A DNA stretch of 64,000 nt from Thermoplasmata archaeon. Its GTDB lineage: Archaea > Thermoplasmatota > Thermoplasmata > Lutacidiplasmatales > UBA184. The stretch lies in the NCBI GenBank assembly GCA_030037955.1, contig JASHPT010000012.1:2429-66428 (forward strand). Direction: 5' to 3'. Numbering within the stretch: the first letter of the stretch is position 1; every line of letters starts with the position of its first letter. Position numbers and translations under genes: made by a program. A model generated the notes under the pieces. The model saw nothing but the letters and a program-made list of their open reading frames with translations, searched no databases and had not been told where the DNA came from. Positions 7,420 through 17,387 of the stretch are shown one piece after another.

Positions 7420-9835
7420 GTTCTCCCTCCCGCTCGGTCACCCGTCGCTCCAGGGAGCGGTAATCCTCGAGCAGGTCGGGGCGGAGGCGGGACAGGGAGC
7501 GGCGGTCGAGGTCGCGGATCTTGTCGCGCGCGAGGGCCAGGTCGTCCCGGGCCAGGTCGACCTCGGCGAGACGCAACACGACCTCGACCTCGTCGCCCGG
7601 GAGGTGCTCGTCCCGGAACAGTTGCCCGGCCTGCTCGAGCGCCCGCGTGGCGAGCTCGAGTTCGCCGGCGAGGAGGTGCAGCTTCCCTTCGTTGAGGTAG
7701 GTCTGGCCGAGACCGAACCGGTCTCCGATGCCCTCCAGGAGCTCCCGCGCGGTCTGGTTGTGCTTCTCCGCCTCGGGAAGCCGCTGCTGGACCCGTTCCA
7801 GGTCCCCGATGTTGAGGTGCGCCCAGCCCAGGCGTCGCAGGTCATGCGCCCGGTCCGCGAGCTCGGCGGCGATCACGAGCTCCTCGAGTCCCTGGTCCAC
7901 GTCCCCATGCTGGCTCAGCACCACGCCGTGACAGAGGTAGGCGTACGATGCCTCGGCGTTGTCCCCGAGGTCGCGCAGCGTCTCGCCGGCCTCGTGGTAG
8001 AGTGCGAGCGCTTCGACCTCCCGGCCGGGCGTCATCGACAGGACGTTCGCCAGTCGGACGCGTTGGATAGCGACCTCGTGCGGGTTCCCGGTCGCTTCGG
8101 CGGCGGAGAGCGCTTCCTGCTGGTGCTCGAGGGCCTCGGCGTACTCGGCCCGATAGAACAGAATCTCCCCGCGGAGGCGGAGACCGTAGACCTTCAGCAA
8201 CGGGTCGCTCGCGGCCTCGATGCTCGCGAGCGAGTCCCGCATCGTCCGGTCGGCCTCGTCCCAGCGGCCCTGGTCGGCCAGGATCCGTCCCAGGAGCAGT
8301 CCGAACAGCGCACGCTGGTCCGCCGTCGCCGTCGTGGGAACGGTCGGCCGTGCGAGGGTCTCGCGAAGCAGCTGCTCCGCCCGTCGGAGCTCCCCGACCC
8401 GGTCCCGTTCGAGCGCGATCTGCAGGATCAGGTCGAGTTCCCCGGCAAGATCGTCCGGGAACGCGCGCTGGTGGGCCTCGAGGGCCTGCTCGTAGTGGAC
8501 CAGCGCCACGTTCGACGTGTGCGCCCGGCGAGCGAACTCGGCCGCGCGTCGGTTGAAGTCGACGGCCTGAGCGTCGGCGCGGCCCAGATAGTAGTGTCGT
8601 GCGAGGGAGAAGATCGTCGCGAGGTCGGCGGCGCCGATCGATTCCGTCGCCTCACCGACCCGACGGTGCAGGAGCCTAAGCCGCGGCCCCGTGAGACGGG
8701 AATACAGCTCGAACCGGACATCCTCCCGGAGGAACTCGAAGACCTCGCCGGGCTTCTCCCGAAGGATCCCGAGGTCGACGAGACGCTCCACCTCTTCGGC
8801 GAGCGCCTCCTCCTCCTGGCCGGTCGCCTTGAGCAGGAGCGGGAACGAGACCTCGCGGCCGGCGACCGCCGCCAGGGTCAGGAGCTTGAGCTCGGGCTCG
8901 GTGACCTCCTGGAGGAGGGCCCGTGGCTCGAGAGCGAGCCGACGGTCCTCGTCCCCGCGGGAGGATCCGCGCACCGCCGCCTCGCGTCCGCGGATGAGCT
9001 GTTCGAGGAGCACCGGCACGCCACCGGTCGCCTCGAACCAGCGGCTGACCTCGGCCGCGTGGACCTCGCGCTTCGGGTCGACCCAGCGGATGAACTCCGG
9101 GACCTCCCGCTCGGTGAAGGGGCGGAGGGTCAGGCGCTCGGCCTGACCGGCTTTGACCCACTCCTCCAGCGACGTCGCGAGCTGGGCCGGCCATTGGGCC
9201 GCGGGAAGCGCGGTGGCGAACACCCACAGCGGCCGGTCGGCGAGCTTCGGGACCAGGAAGTCCAGGAACTCCACGGTGGCAGGGTCGACGAACTGCAGGT
9301 CGTCGATGGCGAGGAGCACCGGCCCCGACCGCGCGGCGAGCAGCAGCGGCTCGGCAAAGCCTTCGAAGAGGCGCTGCCGGCTCGACCGCAGGTCACCGGC
9401 ACCGTCGCTCGACGAGAGCAGGTGGGCGGCCAGCGGCGGAAGGTCGGTCCGGCCGTGCTCGGCCTCCGGCAGGAAACCGATCGGTACGACGGGGGCGCTG
9501 GCAACCCCGGCCACCTGCGCGAGGGAGGCCGGCGCCTCGTCGCCTCCCCGCGCCGCTGCCTCCTCGTCCGCCTGCGGCCTCAGGATCGCTTCCTGGAGCA
9601 CGAGGAACGGGGGCGGGTTCTCGAGCGAGACGGCCCGGGCGTGGAACACCCGGAACCCGCCCCGCTCGCTCTCCTCCACGAGGGCGGCGAAGAACGAGGA
9701 TTTGCCGACGCCGTTGGTCCCTTCCAGCACCGTGAGGCCGCCGGCGCCGCCTCGGGCATTCTCCCGACGGCGGAGGATCGCGTTCCAGACCTCCACGCGG
9801 CCGATGGGGGGGATCGAAGAGGGCCGGGCCTGCAT
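7400..9835 (-). CDS. AAA_16-type P-loop ATPase fused to TPR repeats (STAND-like NTPase), paralog 1
   Basis: Walker A LEGTNGVGKSSFFAAL near the N-terminus and Walker B VLLAIDDLQFVD, followed by ~500 aa of TPR-like helical repeats. No HTH or obvious effector domain. A TATA-like gtatatga at 9864-9871 lies ~30 nt upstream of ATG 9835. Confidence 0.8.
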   Translation of the reverse strand: MQARPSSIPPIGRVEVWNAILRRRENARGGAGGLTVLEGTNGVGKSSFFAALVEESERGGFRVFHARAVSLENPPPFLVLQEAILRPQADEEAAARGGDEAPASLAQVAGVASAPVVPIGFLPEAEHGRTDLPPLAAHLLSSSDGAGDLRSSRQRLFEGFAEPLLLAARSGPVLLAIDDLQFVDPATVEFLDFLVPKLADRPLWVFATALPAAQWPAQLATSLEEWVKAGQAERLTLRPFTEREVPEFIRWVDPKREVHAAEVSRWFEATGGVPVLLEQLIRGREAAVRGSSRGDEDRRLALEPRALLQEVTEPELKLLTLAAVAGREVSFPLLLKATGQEEEALAEEVERLVDLGILREKPGEVFEFLREDVRFELYSRLTGPRLRLLHRRVGEATESIGAADLATIFSLARHYYLGRADAQAVDFNRRAAEFARRAHTSNVALVHYEQALEAHQRAFPDDLAGELDLILQIALERDRVGELRRAEQLLRETLARPTVPTTATADQRALFGLLLGRILADQGRWDEADRTMRDSLASIEAASDPLLKVYGLRLRGEILFYRAEYAEALEHQQEALSAAEATGNPHEVAIQRVRLANVLSMTPGREVEALALYHEAGETLRDLGDNAEASYAYLCHGVVLSQHGDVDQGLEELVIAAELADRAHDLRRLGWAHLNIGDLERVQQRLPEAEKHNQTARELLEGIGDRFGLGQTYLNEGKLHLLAGELELATRALEQAGQLFRDEHLPGDEVEVVLRLAEVDLARDDLALARDKIRDLDRRSLSRLRPDLLEDYRSLERRVTEREGEHAAPAS

Positions 9836-9863
9836 CGTCCTCGCCCCTTATCGGCGGGGCCGG

Positions 9864-9871
9864 GGTATATG
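9864..9871 (-). promoter_or_regulatory. TATA-like element (tcatatac on minus strand) upstream of AAA-TPR paralog 1
   Basis: Lies in the 56-nt spacer between the two AAA-TPR genes, ~30 nt upstream of ATG 9835. This suggests paralog 1 can be transcribed independently. Confidence 0.45.
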
Positions 9872-9891
9872 AGGGTAGCTCGGCGGAGCGC

Positions 9892-12315
9892 TCAGCGGCC
9901 CGGACGCGCGGCCTTGCGCGAGCGCGGGAGCCGCCCGCGAAGCTCCTCGTAATCGTGGGTCAGGTCCGGACGAAGTTCGGAGAGCCGACGACGCTCCAGC
10001 TCCTCGACCTGCTCGCGCACCGCCGGCCACTCCTCCCGGGTGGCCGCGACCTCGGCGAGGCGCAGCAGCACCTCGACGATGTCGGCCTCCATGTTCTGTT
10101 CCTCGAAGATCGCGAGCGCCTCCCGGAGCGCGTGCTCGGCCCCGTCGGGGTCGTTCCTCGACCGGCGGATCTTGCCTTCGTAGACATAGGTCTGCGCGAG
10201 CCCGAATCGGTCCCCGACCCGTTCGAGCTGCTCCCGCGCCTGCCGGTTATGGGCATCCGCCTCGTCGAGGCGATTGAGGTCGTGGAGGGTGTCGGCGATG
10301 TCGAAGAGTGCCCAGCCGGTACGGCGGGGATCGTTCGCCTCCCGGGCCAGCCGGAGCGCGTGGTGGAACTCCGTGAGCGTCTTCTCGGGGTCGTGGGTCA
10401 TGCCGAGGGCCACGCCGATGTAGATGTGGGCCTCGGCCGCCTCGGCCTTCTCCCCCATGCGCTCAAGCTCGGTCGCGGCCTTCCGCAGTCGCTCGATGGA
10501 CGGCTCGAGCTCGCCGGGCCGCATCGTGAGCGACCTGGCGTACCGGACCTCCTCGAGCAGCGTCTCCCGGGGGTCTCCCATCTCCTTCGTGGTCGCGAGA
10601 CCCTCGGCGTGGTAGCGGAGGGCCTCCGGGTAATCTCCCCGGAAATAGGCGAGCTCGCCGGCGAGCCGGACGGCCACGAGCCGGACCGGCGCCTCCCAGT
10701 CCTGCTCGGCGCGCGAGCGGATGAGCTCCCCCACCAGGCGGTCCGCCTCTCCCCACCGGCCCTGGTCCGACCGCACGAGCGCCAGGTAGAGGGGGAGCAG
10801 GTCCCGCTGCTGGGGCGTCGCCGCCGCCATCATGTCGGAACGGTCCGTGACCTGGCGCAGCGCCCGCTCGGCCCGGTCGAACTCGCCCACCCGGCGGAGC
10901 TGCCGGACCATCTCGAACAGAAGCTCGATCTCCTCGCCGAGCTCCACCGGCCGGCTGCGACGATGCGCCTCCAGCGCCCGCTCGAGATGCACGAGCGCCG
11001 TCCCCGGCAGATAGGCATCCGCCGCGAACCGCGCGGCAAGTCGGTTGTACTCGAGCGACTTTGCGTCGACGCGCCCGAGATGGAAGTGCCGGGCGAGGGC
11101 GAAGACGGAATCGACCTCCTTGGGGGCGCCGGCTTCGATCGCCTCCGCGACACGACGGTGGAGGATCCGGCGTCGGGTGTCCGTGAGGCCGTTGTAGAGC
11201 TCCTCCCGCAGGTCGTCGCGCGGGAACTCGAAGACCTCGTTCTCCGACTCCCGGAGGAGTCCCTGATGCACGAGGCGTTCGACGGCCTCGGCGAGCTCCT
11301 CCTCGTTCTCGTCGGTGGTCCGCGTCAGGATCGAGAACCGGGCCTTCGGGCCCAGGACGGCCGCGATCGTGAGCACTCGCCGGTCGCTCTCCGAGATCGA
11401 CCGGATCTGGTGCCGTAGCTGGCCCACGGGGTCCTCCGGCTCGGCGCTCTCCGAAGGAGCCCGGGCGGGTGAGGCGTGGATGAGCTGCTCCAGGAAGAGC
11501 GGGTTCCCCGAGGTCTGGGCGAACCAGCGGTGCAGCTGCTCGGGCGGGGTGACCCGGTCCGGCCGGGCCCAGCGGACGAAGTCCACGACCTCGCGCTCGC
11601 TCAGCGGCCGGACGGTGAAGCGGCGGGCCCCGGCGGCGACGAGACGCTCGAGACCGGCCCGGCCCCGGGGCTCCAGGCTCTCGAACGGCGGCGTGGTGCC
11701 GACCCACCAGATCCGCCGGGCCTCGAGCCGAGGCGCCACCTGCTCGAGGAACTCGATCGACCCTTCGTCCGCCCAGTGCAGGTCCTCGACGGCCACCAGG
11801 AGCGGCACCTGGTCGGCGAGGGCGAACATCGGCCCAGCCATCTCCTCCATCAACTGGACCCGGTCGGCCTGGAAACTGTCCCCGAGGGCCACCGACCGGA
11901 ACAGCGAGGACGATTCCCCGGCCCCGCCGGGTCGGAGTACGGCGGCCGGCGCGGCTCCGACGCCGAGCGCGACCGTCGGAGACACGATCGGTTGGGCGAC
12001 GTACGGGAAGGCCAGCGAGGAGGGGGTGGTGGCGCCGAGCGCCGCCGCCTCCCGGTCCACCGCCCGAACCACCGCCCGGATCAGCTGGAACGGCGCGGGA
12101 GCCTGCGCCTCGGAGCGGGCGGTGACGAGCCGAAAGTTGTGGAGCTGGCTTTCCTGTCCCAGGGCGGCCAGGATCGTGGACTTTCCGACGCCGGTCTCCC
12201 CCTCCAAGAGGGTGATCCCGCCGCGACCCCCGAGGACCTCCTCCCGACGATGGACCAGCGACTGGTAGAGGTCGAGGCGACCGATGAGCGGCCGGTCCGC
12301 CCGCGACGACTCCAT
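9892..12315 (-). CDS. AAA_16-type P-loop ATPase fused to TPR repeats (STAND-like NTPase), paralog 2
   Basis: The true start is ATG at 12315 (MESSRADRPLIGRL...). The 1180-aa ORF 9892..13434 on the track is a read-through artefact. Walker A LEGETGVGKSTILAAL and Walker B LLVAVEDLHWAD. Same architecture as paralog 1. Confidence 0.8.
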   Translation of the reverse strand: MESSRADRPLIGRLDLYQSLVHRREEVLGGRGGITLLEGETGVGKSTILAALGQESQLHNFRLVTARSEAQAPAPFQLIRAVVRAVDREAAALGATTPSSLAFPYVAQPIVSPTVALGVGAAPAAVLRPGGAGESSSLFRSVALGDSFQADRVQLMEEMAGPMFALADQVPLLVAVEDLHWADEGSIEFLEQVAPRLEARRIWWVGTTPPFESLEPRGRAGLERLVAAGARRFTVRPLSEREVVDFVRWARPDRVTPPEQLHRWFAQTSGNPLFLEQLIHASPARAPSESAEPEDPVGQLRHQIRSISESDRRVLTIAAVLGPKARFSILTRTTDENEEELAEAVERLVHQGLLRESENEVFEFPRDDLREELYNGLTDTRRRILHRRVAEAIEAGAPKEVDSVFALARHFHLGRVDAKSLEYNRLAARFAADAYLPGTALVHLERALEAHRRSRPVELGEEIELLFEMVRQLRRVGEFDRAERALRQVTDRSDMMAAATPQQRDLLPLYLALVRSDQGRWGEADRLVGELIRSRAEQDWEAPVRLVAVRLAGELAYFRGDYPEALRYHAEGLATTKEMGDPRETLLEEVRYARSLTMRPGELEPSIERLRKAATELERMGEKAEAAEAHIYIGVALGMTHDPEKTLTEFHHALRLAREANDPRRTGWALFDIADTLHDLNRLDEADAHNRQAREQLERVGDRFGLAQTYVYEGKIRRSRNDPDGAEHALREALAIFEEQNMEADIVEVLLRLAEVAATREEWPAVREQVEELERRRLSELRPDLTHDYEELRGRLPRSRKAARPGR

Positions 12316-12338
12316 CGATGTACGATGGGTCTCTCCGT

Positions 12339-13550
12339 CTATTTCAGTCCGGGGTGCCCGGCGGGGACGAACGGGAGCGGAACGACCGTGGCCCCCACCG
12401 GCCGCCCCCGGATATCGACCGAGAGGCTCGAGCCGACCGACGCCACCGGGGTGGCGACATACGCGAGGGCGATGCCTCGTTGCAGGGTCGGAGAGAAGCC
12501 CCCGCTCGTGACCGAGCCGACGGGCTGGGCTCCCGAGAGCACGACCTGACCGTGGCGCGGGATCGCGGACGGCTCCGCGAGGGTCAGGCCCACCCACCGG
12601 ACCGTGGGCCCGGCGGCTCGCTGCTTCTCGAGCGCGTCGCGACCGACGAAGGCGTGGTCGAATTCGATGAAGCGGTCCTGACCGGCCTCGAGCGGCGTGC
12701 GGTCCTCGTGAAAGTCCTGTCCCGAGAGCAGGTAGCCCTTCTCGAGCCGCAGCGTGTCCCGCGCTCCGAGGCCGCAGGGTCGCACCCCCGCCCCGACCAG
12801 GCGCTCGGCGAGGGCATCGGCCTGCGCGCCCGGAACGAACAGCTCGTAGCCGAGCTCTCCGGTGTATCCCGTCCGCGACACCCAGGCGGCCGTGGCGAGG
12901 GGCTGCGGAAACGCATCGTCGAGCAGATGTCCGCCCGACCCGCCCGGTACCGGGGTCCACGGAAAGTAGGCTGCGTGGAACGGCCGGAGCTCCGCGAGCG
13001 ACCAGCCCCAGAGACGCTCCAGGGTCGTGCGGGACGCCGGGCCCTGGACCGCGAGGATTGCCACGGCGCCGTTGTGCGCCTCGATGTCGGTGTCGGGACG
13101 CCGATGCTCCTGCAGGAGGTCCCGGATCTTCTCGGCGCGGGCGGCGTTCGGGACCGCCACGAACGCCGGAGGCGCCTCGCCGGCGCCCGTGTCGGCACGC
13201 GTGAAGATGAGGTCGTCGACGATCGCGCCGTCCGCATCCAGCAGGAACGTGTACCGGCACTGACCGGGCGAGAGCTTCGCGGCATTGGCGGTCGTCCGTC
13301 GGGACAGCAGCGCCGGCCCGCTCGCGCCGCGGACGGTCAGGATGCCCATGTGCGACACATCGAAGAGACCGACGGACGAGCGCACGGCCCGGTGCTCCTC
13401 CACGATGCTGCCGTAGTGGAGGGGCATCTCCCACCCCGCGAAGGGCACCATCTGTCCGTGGTGTCGGAGGTGGAAGTCGTAGAGCGGAGTGCGACGGAGC
13501 GGCGCCGGGCGGGGCGGGGGCGCCTCCAGGATCGTCGGCCCCTGCGTCAC
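12339..13550 (-). CDS. gcvT: glycine cleavage system T protein (aminomethyltransferase)
   Basis: N-terminus (M)TQGPTILEAPPPRPAPLRRTPLYDFHLRHHGQMVPFAGWEMPLHYGSIVEEHRAVRSSVGLFDVSHMG is typical GcvT. GTG start. 4-nt overlap with the purP stop. Confidence 0.9.
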   Translation of the reverse strand: MTQGPTILEAPPPRPAPLRRTPLYDFHLRHHGQMVPFAGWEMPLHYGSIVEEHRAVRSSVGLFDVSHMGILTVRGASGPALLSRRTTANAAKLSPGQCRYTFLLDADGAIVDDLIFTRADTGAGEAPPAFVAVPNAARAEKIRDLLQEHRRPDTDIEAHNGAVAILAVQGPASRTTLERLWGWSLAELRPFHAAYFPWTPVPGGSGGHLLDDAFPQPLATAAWVSRTGYTGELGYELFVPGAQADALAERLVGAGVRPCGLGARDTLRLEKGYLLSGQDFHEDRTPLEAGQDRFIEFDHAFVGRDALEKQRAAGPTVRWVGLTLAEPSAIPRHGQVVLSGAQPVGSVTSGGFSPTLQRGIALAYVATPVASVGSSLSVDIRGRPVGATVVPLPFVPAGHPGLK

Positions 13551-14704
13551 GTCACGACCTCGGCGAGCCGCCCCTCGGCGAGAGCGGTTCGGATCTCGAT
13601 CGCGATCCGGCGTCCGGAGCTCATCGGTCCCCTCCAGAGCGCGTTGCCGTACGGGTGGCCGAGGGAGAGGTGGATGTTGGTGCCGCCGCCGATCCGCGCG
13701 GCGACGTCGAAGACGAAGGCCTTTCCGTCCCGGTCGATGCAGGTCTGGAGCGTGAACGGACCCAGAATCCCGGGAGGTGCCCGGCTCCGGGTGACCTCGA
13801 CGAACCGCTCCCCGTAGTCGAAGATCTCTTCCAGCAGCGATTCGCGCACGGTCAGGGTCCCGTGACCGACGACCGTGTAGTGCGGGATCGCATGCGAGCC
13901 CCGGATCTCGAGCTGCTGGGCCGCCGGCAATCGGACCAGGCCGTCCAGCGAACTTTCCCGTCGCTCGTCCACTCCGAGCAGCTCGAGGCCGTCCTCCCGG
14001 GGCACCAGGGGGGAGAAGAAGAAATTGAAATTGAACACCGGGCCCAGCACGTACTGCTCGATCCGCGCCTGCTCGAGGTCCGCCGCGGCGATCGTACCGG
14101 CGGCGATCAGCGAGTCGCTCTTCCGCTGGTACTCCTCGAAGCTCGCGGCGGTGAAGAAGCCGCGTTCCAGCCGGCGGGTGGCGTGCGGAAGCTTGACCAT
14201 CGCGAGCGACTCGATCTCCGGCGGCGACGGAATCCGCTGCGGGGTCGGGATCCCGGCGGCGGCCAGGAGGGCATAGTAGTTGTCCCGCTCGGTGCGCTCC
14301 TCGATCCTCAGGAGATTCCGGGAGCCGACCAGCGGGACACGGAAGGAGTCTTCGAGCACGTCCAGCGAAACGTAGGAGCTCAGGGCCCGGTTCGGAACCA
14401 GGAGGACCCCGTGGTCCCGAAGCCGCGCCTGGCTCTCCGGGGTTGCGGCGTCCGCGAACTTCGGAAAGCTCCAGACCTCGTCGACGCAGCCTCGCGTCAC
14501 GTGGCCGGCCGCATCGCGGTGGGCCCGATAGTAGACCGAGTAGGTACGGTCCCGGCCCTTCTGCGCGAGTACGAGGGTGCGAAAGCCCTCTTCGACCGCG
14601 CCATCGGCGATGTCCAGGGCGGAGTGGGAACCGATCGCGCCGATGACCGGCGGGTTCGGATACGCGTGGGCCAGAGACTGGAGTTCCGACCGCGGGAGGA
14701 CCAT
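13547..14704 (-). CDS. purP: 5-formaminoimidazole-4-carboxamide ribonucleotide synthetase PurP (archaeal ATP-grasp FAICAR synthetase)
   Basis: 385-aa ATP-grasp protein with strong full-length resemblance to archaeal PurP (MVLPRSELQSLAHAYPNPPVIGAIGSHSALDIADGA...). A CTTAAG box lies 25-30 nt upstream of the ATG. Confidence 0.8.
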   Translation of the reverse strand: MVLPRSELQSLAHAYPNPPVIGAIGSHSALDIADGAVEEGFRTLVLAQKGRDRTYSVYYRAHRDAAGHVTRGCVDEVWSFPKFADAATPESQARLRDHGVLLVPNRALSSYVSLDVLEDSFRVPLVGSRNLLRIEERTERDNYYALLAAAGIPTPQRIPSPPEIESLAMVKLPHATRRLERGFFTAASFEEYQRKSDSLIAAGTIAAADLEQARIEQYVLGPVFNFNFFFSPLVPREDGLELLGVDERRESSLDGLVRLPAAQQLEIRGSHAIPHYTVVGHGTLTVRESLLEEIFDYGERFVEVTRSRAPPGILGPFTLQTCIDRDGKAFVFDVAARIGGGTNIHLSLGHPYGNALWRGPMSSGRRIAIEIRTALAEGRLAEVVT

Positions 14705-14718
14705 TGGGGGTCCGGACC

Positions 14719-16914
14719 TTACAGGAGCTTAAGCGCTCGGGCCACGCGCTCCGGCGTCAGCGGGAGTTCGAAGACTCGCGTACCGGTCGCATCCGCGACG
14801 GCGTTGGCAACGGCCGCAGGCACCGGAATGATCGGCGGCTCGCCGATCCCTTTGGCGCCGAACGGCCCGGCACCGGCAAACCCCTCGATCAGGTCGACGT
14901 GGATCGGCGGCGCGTCCCGGATCCGGGGCAGCCGGTAGTCCAGGAGTCCGGGGTTCAAGAGCCGGCCGTCGGGCGTCCACATCATCTCCTCGGACAGCGC
15001 CGTGCCCAGCCCCATCACGACCCCGCCCTCGACCTGCGCCTCGACCGCCGGTCGGTCCACGGCGGTGCCGACGTCCTGGAAGGCGGCGTAGCGTACGATG
15101 CCGATGTGGCCGGTCTCCCGGTCCACGGCGACCTCGACCAGATGGACGGAGGCGGCGAAGTCGTTGTACGGATAGACCGTCCCCTCCAGCACCCGCGACG
15201 CATCGACCTTCTTCTCCGCCCCGTAATGCTTCCCGTGAGCCTCGAGGCCCCCGGCGGCCCGCTCCGCCGGCGTCAGCAGGTCGACCAGCTTCTGCCGGCG
15301 ACGGCCCGAGACGACCAGGACCTGCCCGTTCTTCGTCTCCAAGCGGACCTGCGGCGCCCCGACCCGAGTCGCCAGCGTCTTCTCGAGCGCTCGGGCCGCT
15401 TTCTCCACGGCCTGCCCCAGGGCCGCCAGGGTCCGGCTCCCGTAGACCCCGGAATCGAACGGCGCCGTGGCCGTGTCCCCGTACTGGATCCGGATCGCAT
15501 TCGCGGGGAGACCCAGCACCCGCTGCGCCACCACCGAGAGGCCGCGAACGACACTCCCGTTGCCGATCTCCCGCTCTCCCTCGAGGATCACGAGGCCATC
15601 CGGCTGGAGGAACAGGCGGGCCTCTCCGCCGGCTCCCACGCCCGTCGACCAGAAGCCACAGGCGACGCCGATGCCGTGCCCGGCCGGAATTCCGGTTCTC
15701 CAGACGGCGGCCGTGCGGGCCGCGGCCTCGAGGCCGGCTTCGAGGCCGAAGGGACCGACCGGCTGGTCGTAGGCGGTTCGGTCGTTCTCGCGCCACGCAT
15801 GGATCTTTCGAAACTCGATGGGGTCGGCGCCGAGGCGACGTGCCAGGCCGTCGATATGCGACTCGAGGGCGAAGACGGATTGCGGTGCGAACGGGGCCCG
15901 GTGGGGCCCGAACGGCGGCTTGTTCGTTCGGAGGGCGTAGCCCTCGATGTCGTAGGCCTCGGTGCGGTAGGGTCCCAGCAGGAAGCCAATCGAGTACCCG
16001 ACGGCAAAGTCCCGGCCGGGGAGGGACGCGCCGGTGTCCAGGAGCAGGCGCACACGACGTGCAACGATCCGGCCGCGGGCCACGGCCGTGTCGAGTCGGA
16101 TGACTGCGGGCAGGGTCGTGCGGCCGAGTTCGAACTCCTCGGCGTAGGTCAGGGCCAATTTGACCGGGCGCCCGCTCGCGACCGCCAGAAGGAGGGCGTA
16201 CGGTTCGATGAACGCCGACCCCTTGCCCCCGAAGCCCCCGCCGACCCAGCTCCCCTCGACGAGGAGCTTGGCCTCGGGAATTCCCAGGACGGAGGCTACG
16301 TCTTCCCGCAGTCCGAAGGGTGTCTGGGTCGAGGTGCGGATACAGAACGTGCCGTCCCGGATCTCGCCGAGGCAGGCGTGCGGTTCGAGCGCCACCTGAT
16401 GGACGCCGCTGGTACGATACGTCTCCGAGTGGACGAGCTCCGCGGTCCGGAACTTTCCGTCCACATCCCCGTGACGGGCATGCACGTGGCCCACCACATG
16501 CGGGTCATCCGCCGCCGCCGCGGAAGGCCACTCTGGAAAGATGTCCTCGATGCGGGCGTCGACCCGAAGGCTCTCGACCTCCACGGCAACGGCGGCGGCG
16601 GCCCGACGAGCCTGCGCGAGGGTCTCGGCCGCCACGGCGGCGACCGGTTCGCCCCGATAGCGGATCTCCTGGAGAGGGAACACGGGCCGCTCCACCTCGA
16701 GCGCGGCTTTCGGGAGCAGGGTGCGCAGGTCGTCCGGGCCGACCACGGCGACCACTCCGGGCATCTTGCGGGCGCCGGCCAGGTCCATGTGCACGATCCG
16801 GCCGTGAGCCACCGGCGAGCGGACCAGAGCGGCCCACAGCATCCCGGGCGCCTCGAGGTCGGTGCCGTACTCGAGCGCCCCACGGGCCTTCGGCTCCGCG
16901 TCGGAGCGCATCAT
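14719..16914 (-). CDS. xanthine dehydrogenase family molybdopterin-binding large subunit (CoxL-like)
   Basis: The true start is the MMRSDAEPKARGALEYGTDLEAPGMLWAALVRSPVAHGRIVHMD... methionines, which overlap the coxS stop as ATGA. Aldehyde oxidase/XDH a/b-hammerhead plus molybdopterin-binding domains. The substrate is not determinable from sequence. Confidence 0.85.
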   Translation of the reverse strand: MMRSDAEPKARGALEYGTDLEAPGMLWAALVRSPVAHGRIVHMDLAGARKMPGVVAVVGPDDLRTLLPKAALEVERPVFPLQEIRYRGEPVAAVAAETLAQARRAAAAVAVEVESLRVDARIEDIFPEWPSAAAADDPHVVGHVHARHGDVDGKFRTAELVHSETYRTSGVHQVALEPHACLGEIRDGTFCIRTSTQTPFGLREDVASVLGIPEAKLLVEGSWVGGGFGGKGSAFIEPYALLLAVASGRPVKLALTYAEEFELGRTTLPAVIRLDTAVARGRIVARRVRLLLDTGASLPGRDFAVGYSIGFLLGPYRTEAYDIEGYALRTNKPPFGPHRAPFAPQSVFALESHIDGLARRLGADPIEFRKIHAWRENDRTAYDQPVGPFGLEAGLEAAARTAAVWRTGIPAGHGIGVACGFWSTGVGAGGEARLFLQPDGLVILEGEREIGNGSVVRGLSVVAQRVLGLPANAIRIQYGDTATAPFDSGVYGSRTLAALGQAVEKAARALEKTLATRVGAPQVRLETKNGQVLVVSGRRRQKLVDLLTPAERAAGGLEAHGKHYGAEKKVDASRVLEGTVYPYNDFAASVHLVEVAVDRETGHIGIVRYAAFQDVGTAVDRPAVEAQVEGGVVMGLGTALSEEMMWTPDGRLLNPGLLDYRLPRIRDAPPIHVDLIEGFAGAGPFGAKGIGEPPIIPVPAAVANAVADATGTRVFELPLTPERVARALKLL

Positions 16915-17387
16915 TGAACGGCCTTCCGCGCCAAGGCCACCGCCCGCTCGATCGCCCGGTAGCCGGTGCACCGGCACAGGTTCCCTTCCAGGCCGTCGAC
17001 AAGCGACTCCACGTCCGGTGGGCTTTTGCTCCGGCCGAGCTGGGCCGCGAGCGCCACGACAAATCCGGGCGTGCAATAGCCACACTGCACGGCCCCGGCC
17101 TCGGCAAAGGCCTTGATGACTGCCTGACCGATCGGTACCGCCGCGACGCCCTCGATGGTGGTCACGGGCTCGTCACCCACCTCTCGGGAGAGGAGCAGGC
17201 AGGAGAGCGTCGGCTCGCCGCCCACGAGCACCGTGCAGGCGCCGCAGTCCCCGGTCCGGCAGCCCTCCTTCGTGCCCTTGAGGCCGGCGCGCCAGCGGAG
17301 CGTATCGAGCAGCCGCTCCGCGTCCGGGACCGACGCAAAGCGTCGGCTCTGACCGTTGATGTGGAGCGCCAGCGCCGCGTCGGTCAT
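16911..17387 (-). CDS. (2Fe-2S)-binding small subunit of molybdenum hydroxylase (CoxS-like)
   Basis: 158 aa with two 2Fe-2S motifs: CRTGDCGAC and CGYCTPG...CRCTGY. It is the C-terminal part of the fused 648-aa ORF on the track. Confidence 0.85.
   Translation of the reverse strand: MTDAALALHINGQSRRFASVPDAERLLDTLRWRAGLKGTKEGCRTGDCGACTVLVGGEPTLSCLLLSREVGDEPVTTIEGVAAVPIGQAVIKAFAEAGAVQCGYCTPGFVVALAAQLGRSKSPPDVESLVDGLEGNLCRCTGYRAIERAVALARKAVQ

Noticed and set aside
9892-13434. 1180-aa ORF presented as one protein
   Set aside because: Fusion of the AAA-TPR paralog 2 (real ATG at 12315) with out-of-frame read-through across gcvT. The N-terminal 370 aa are low-complexity Arg/Gly/Pro junk, and gcvT occupies 12339-13550 in another frame.
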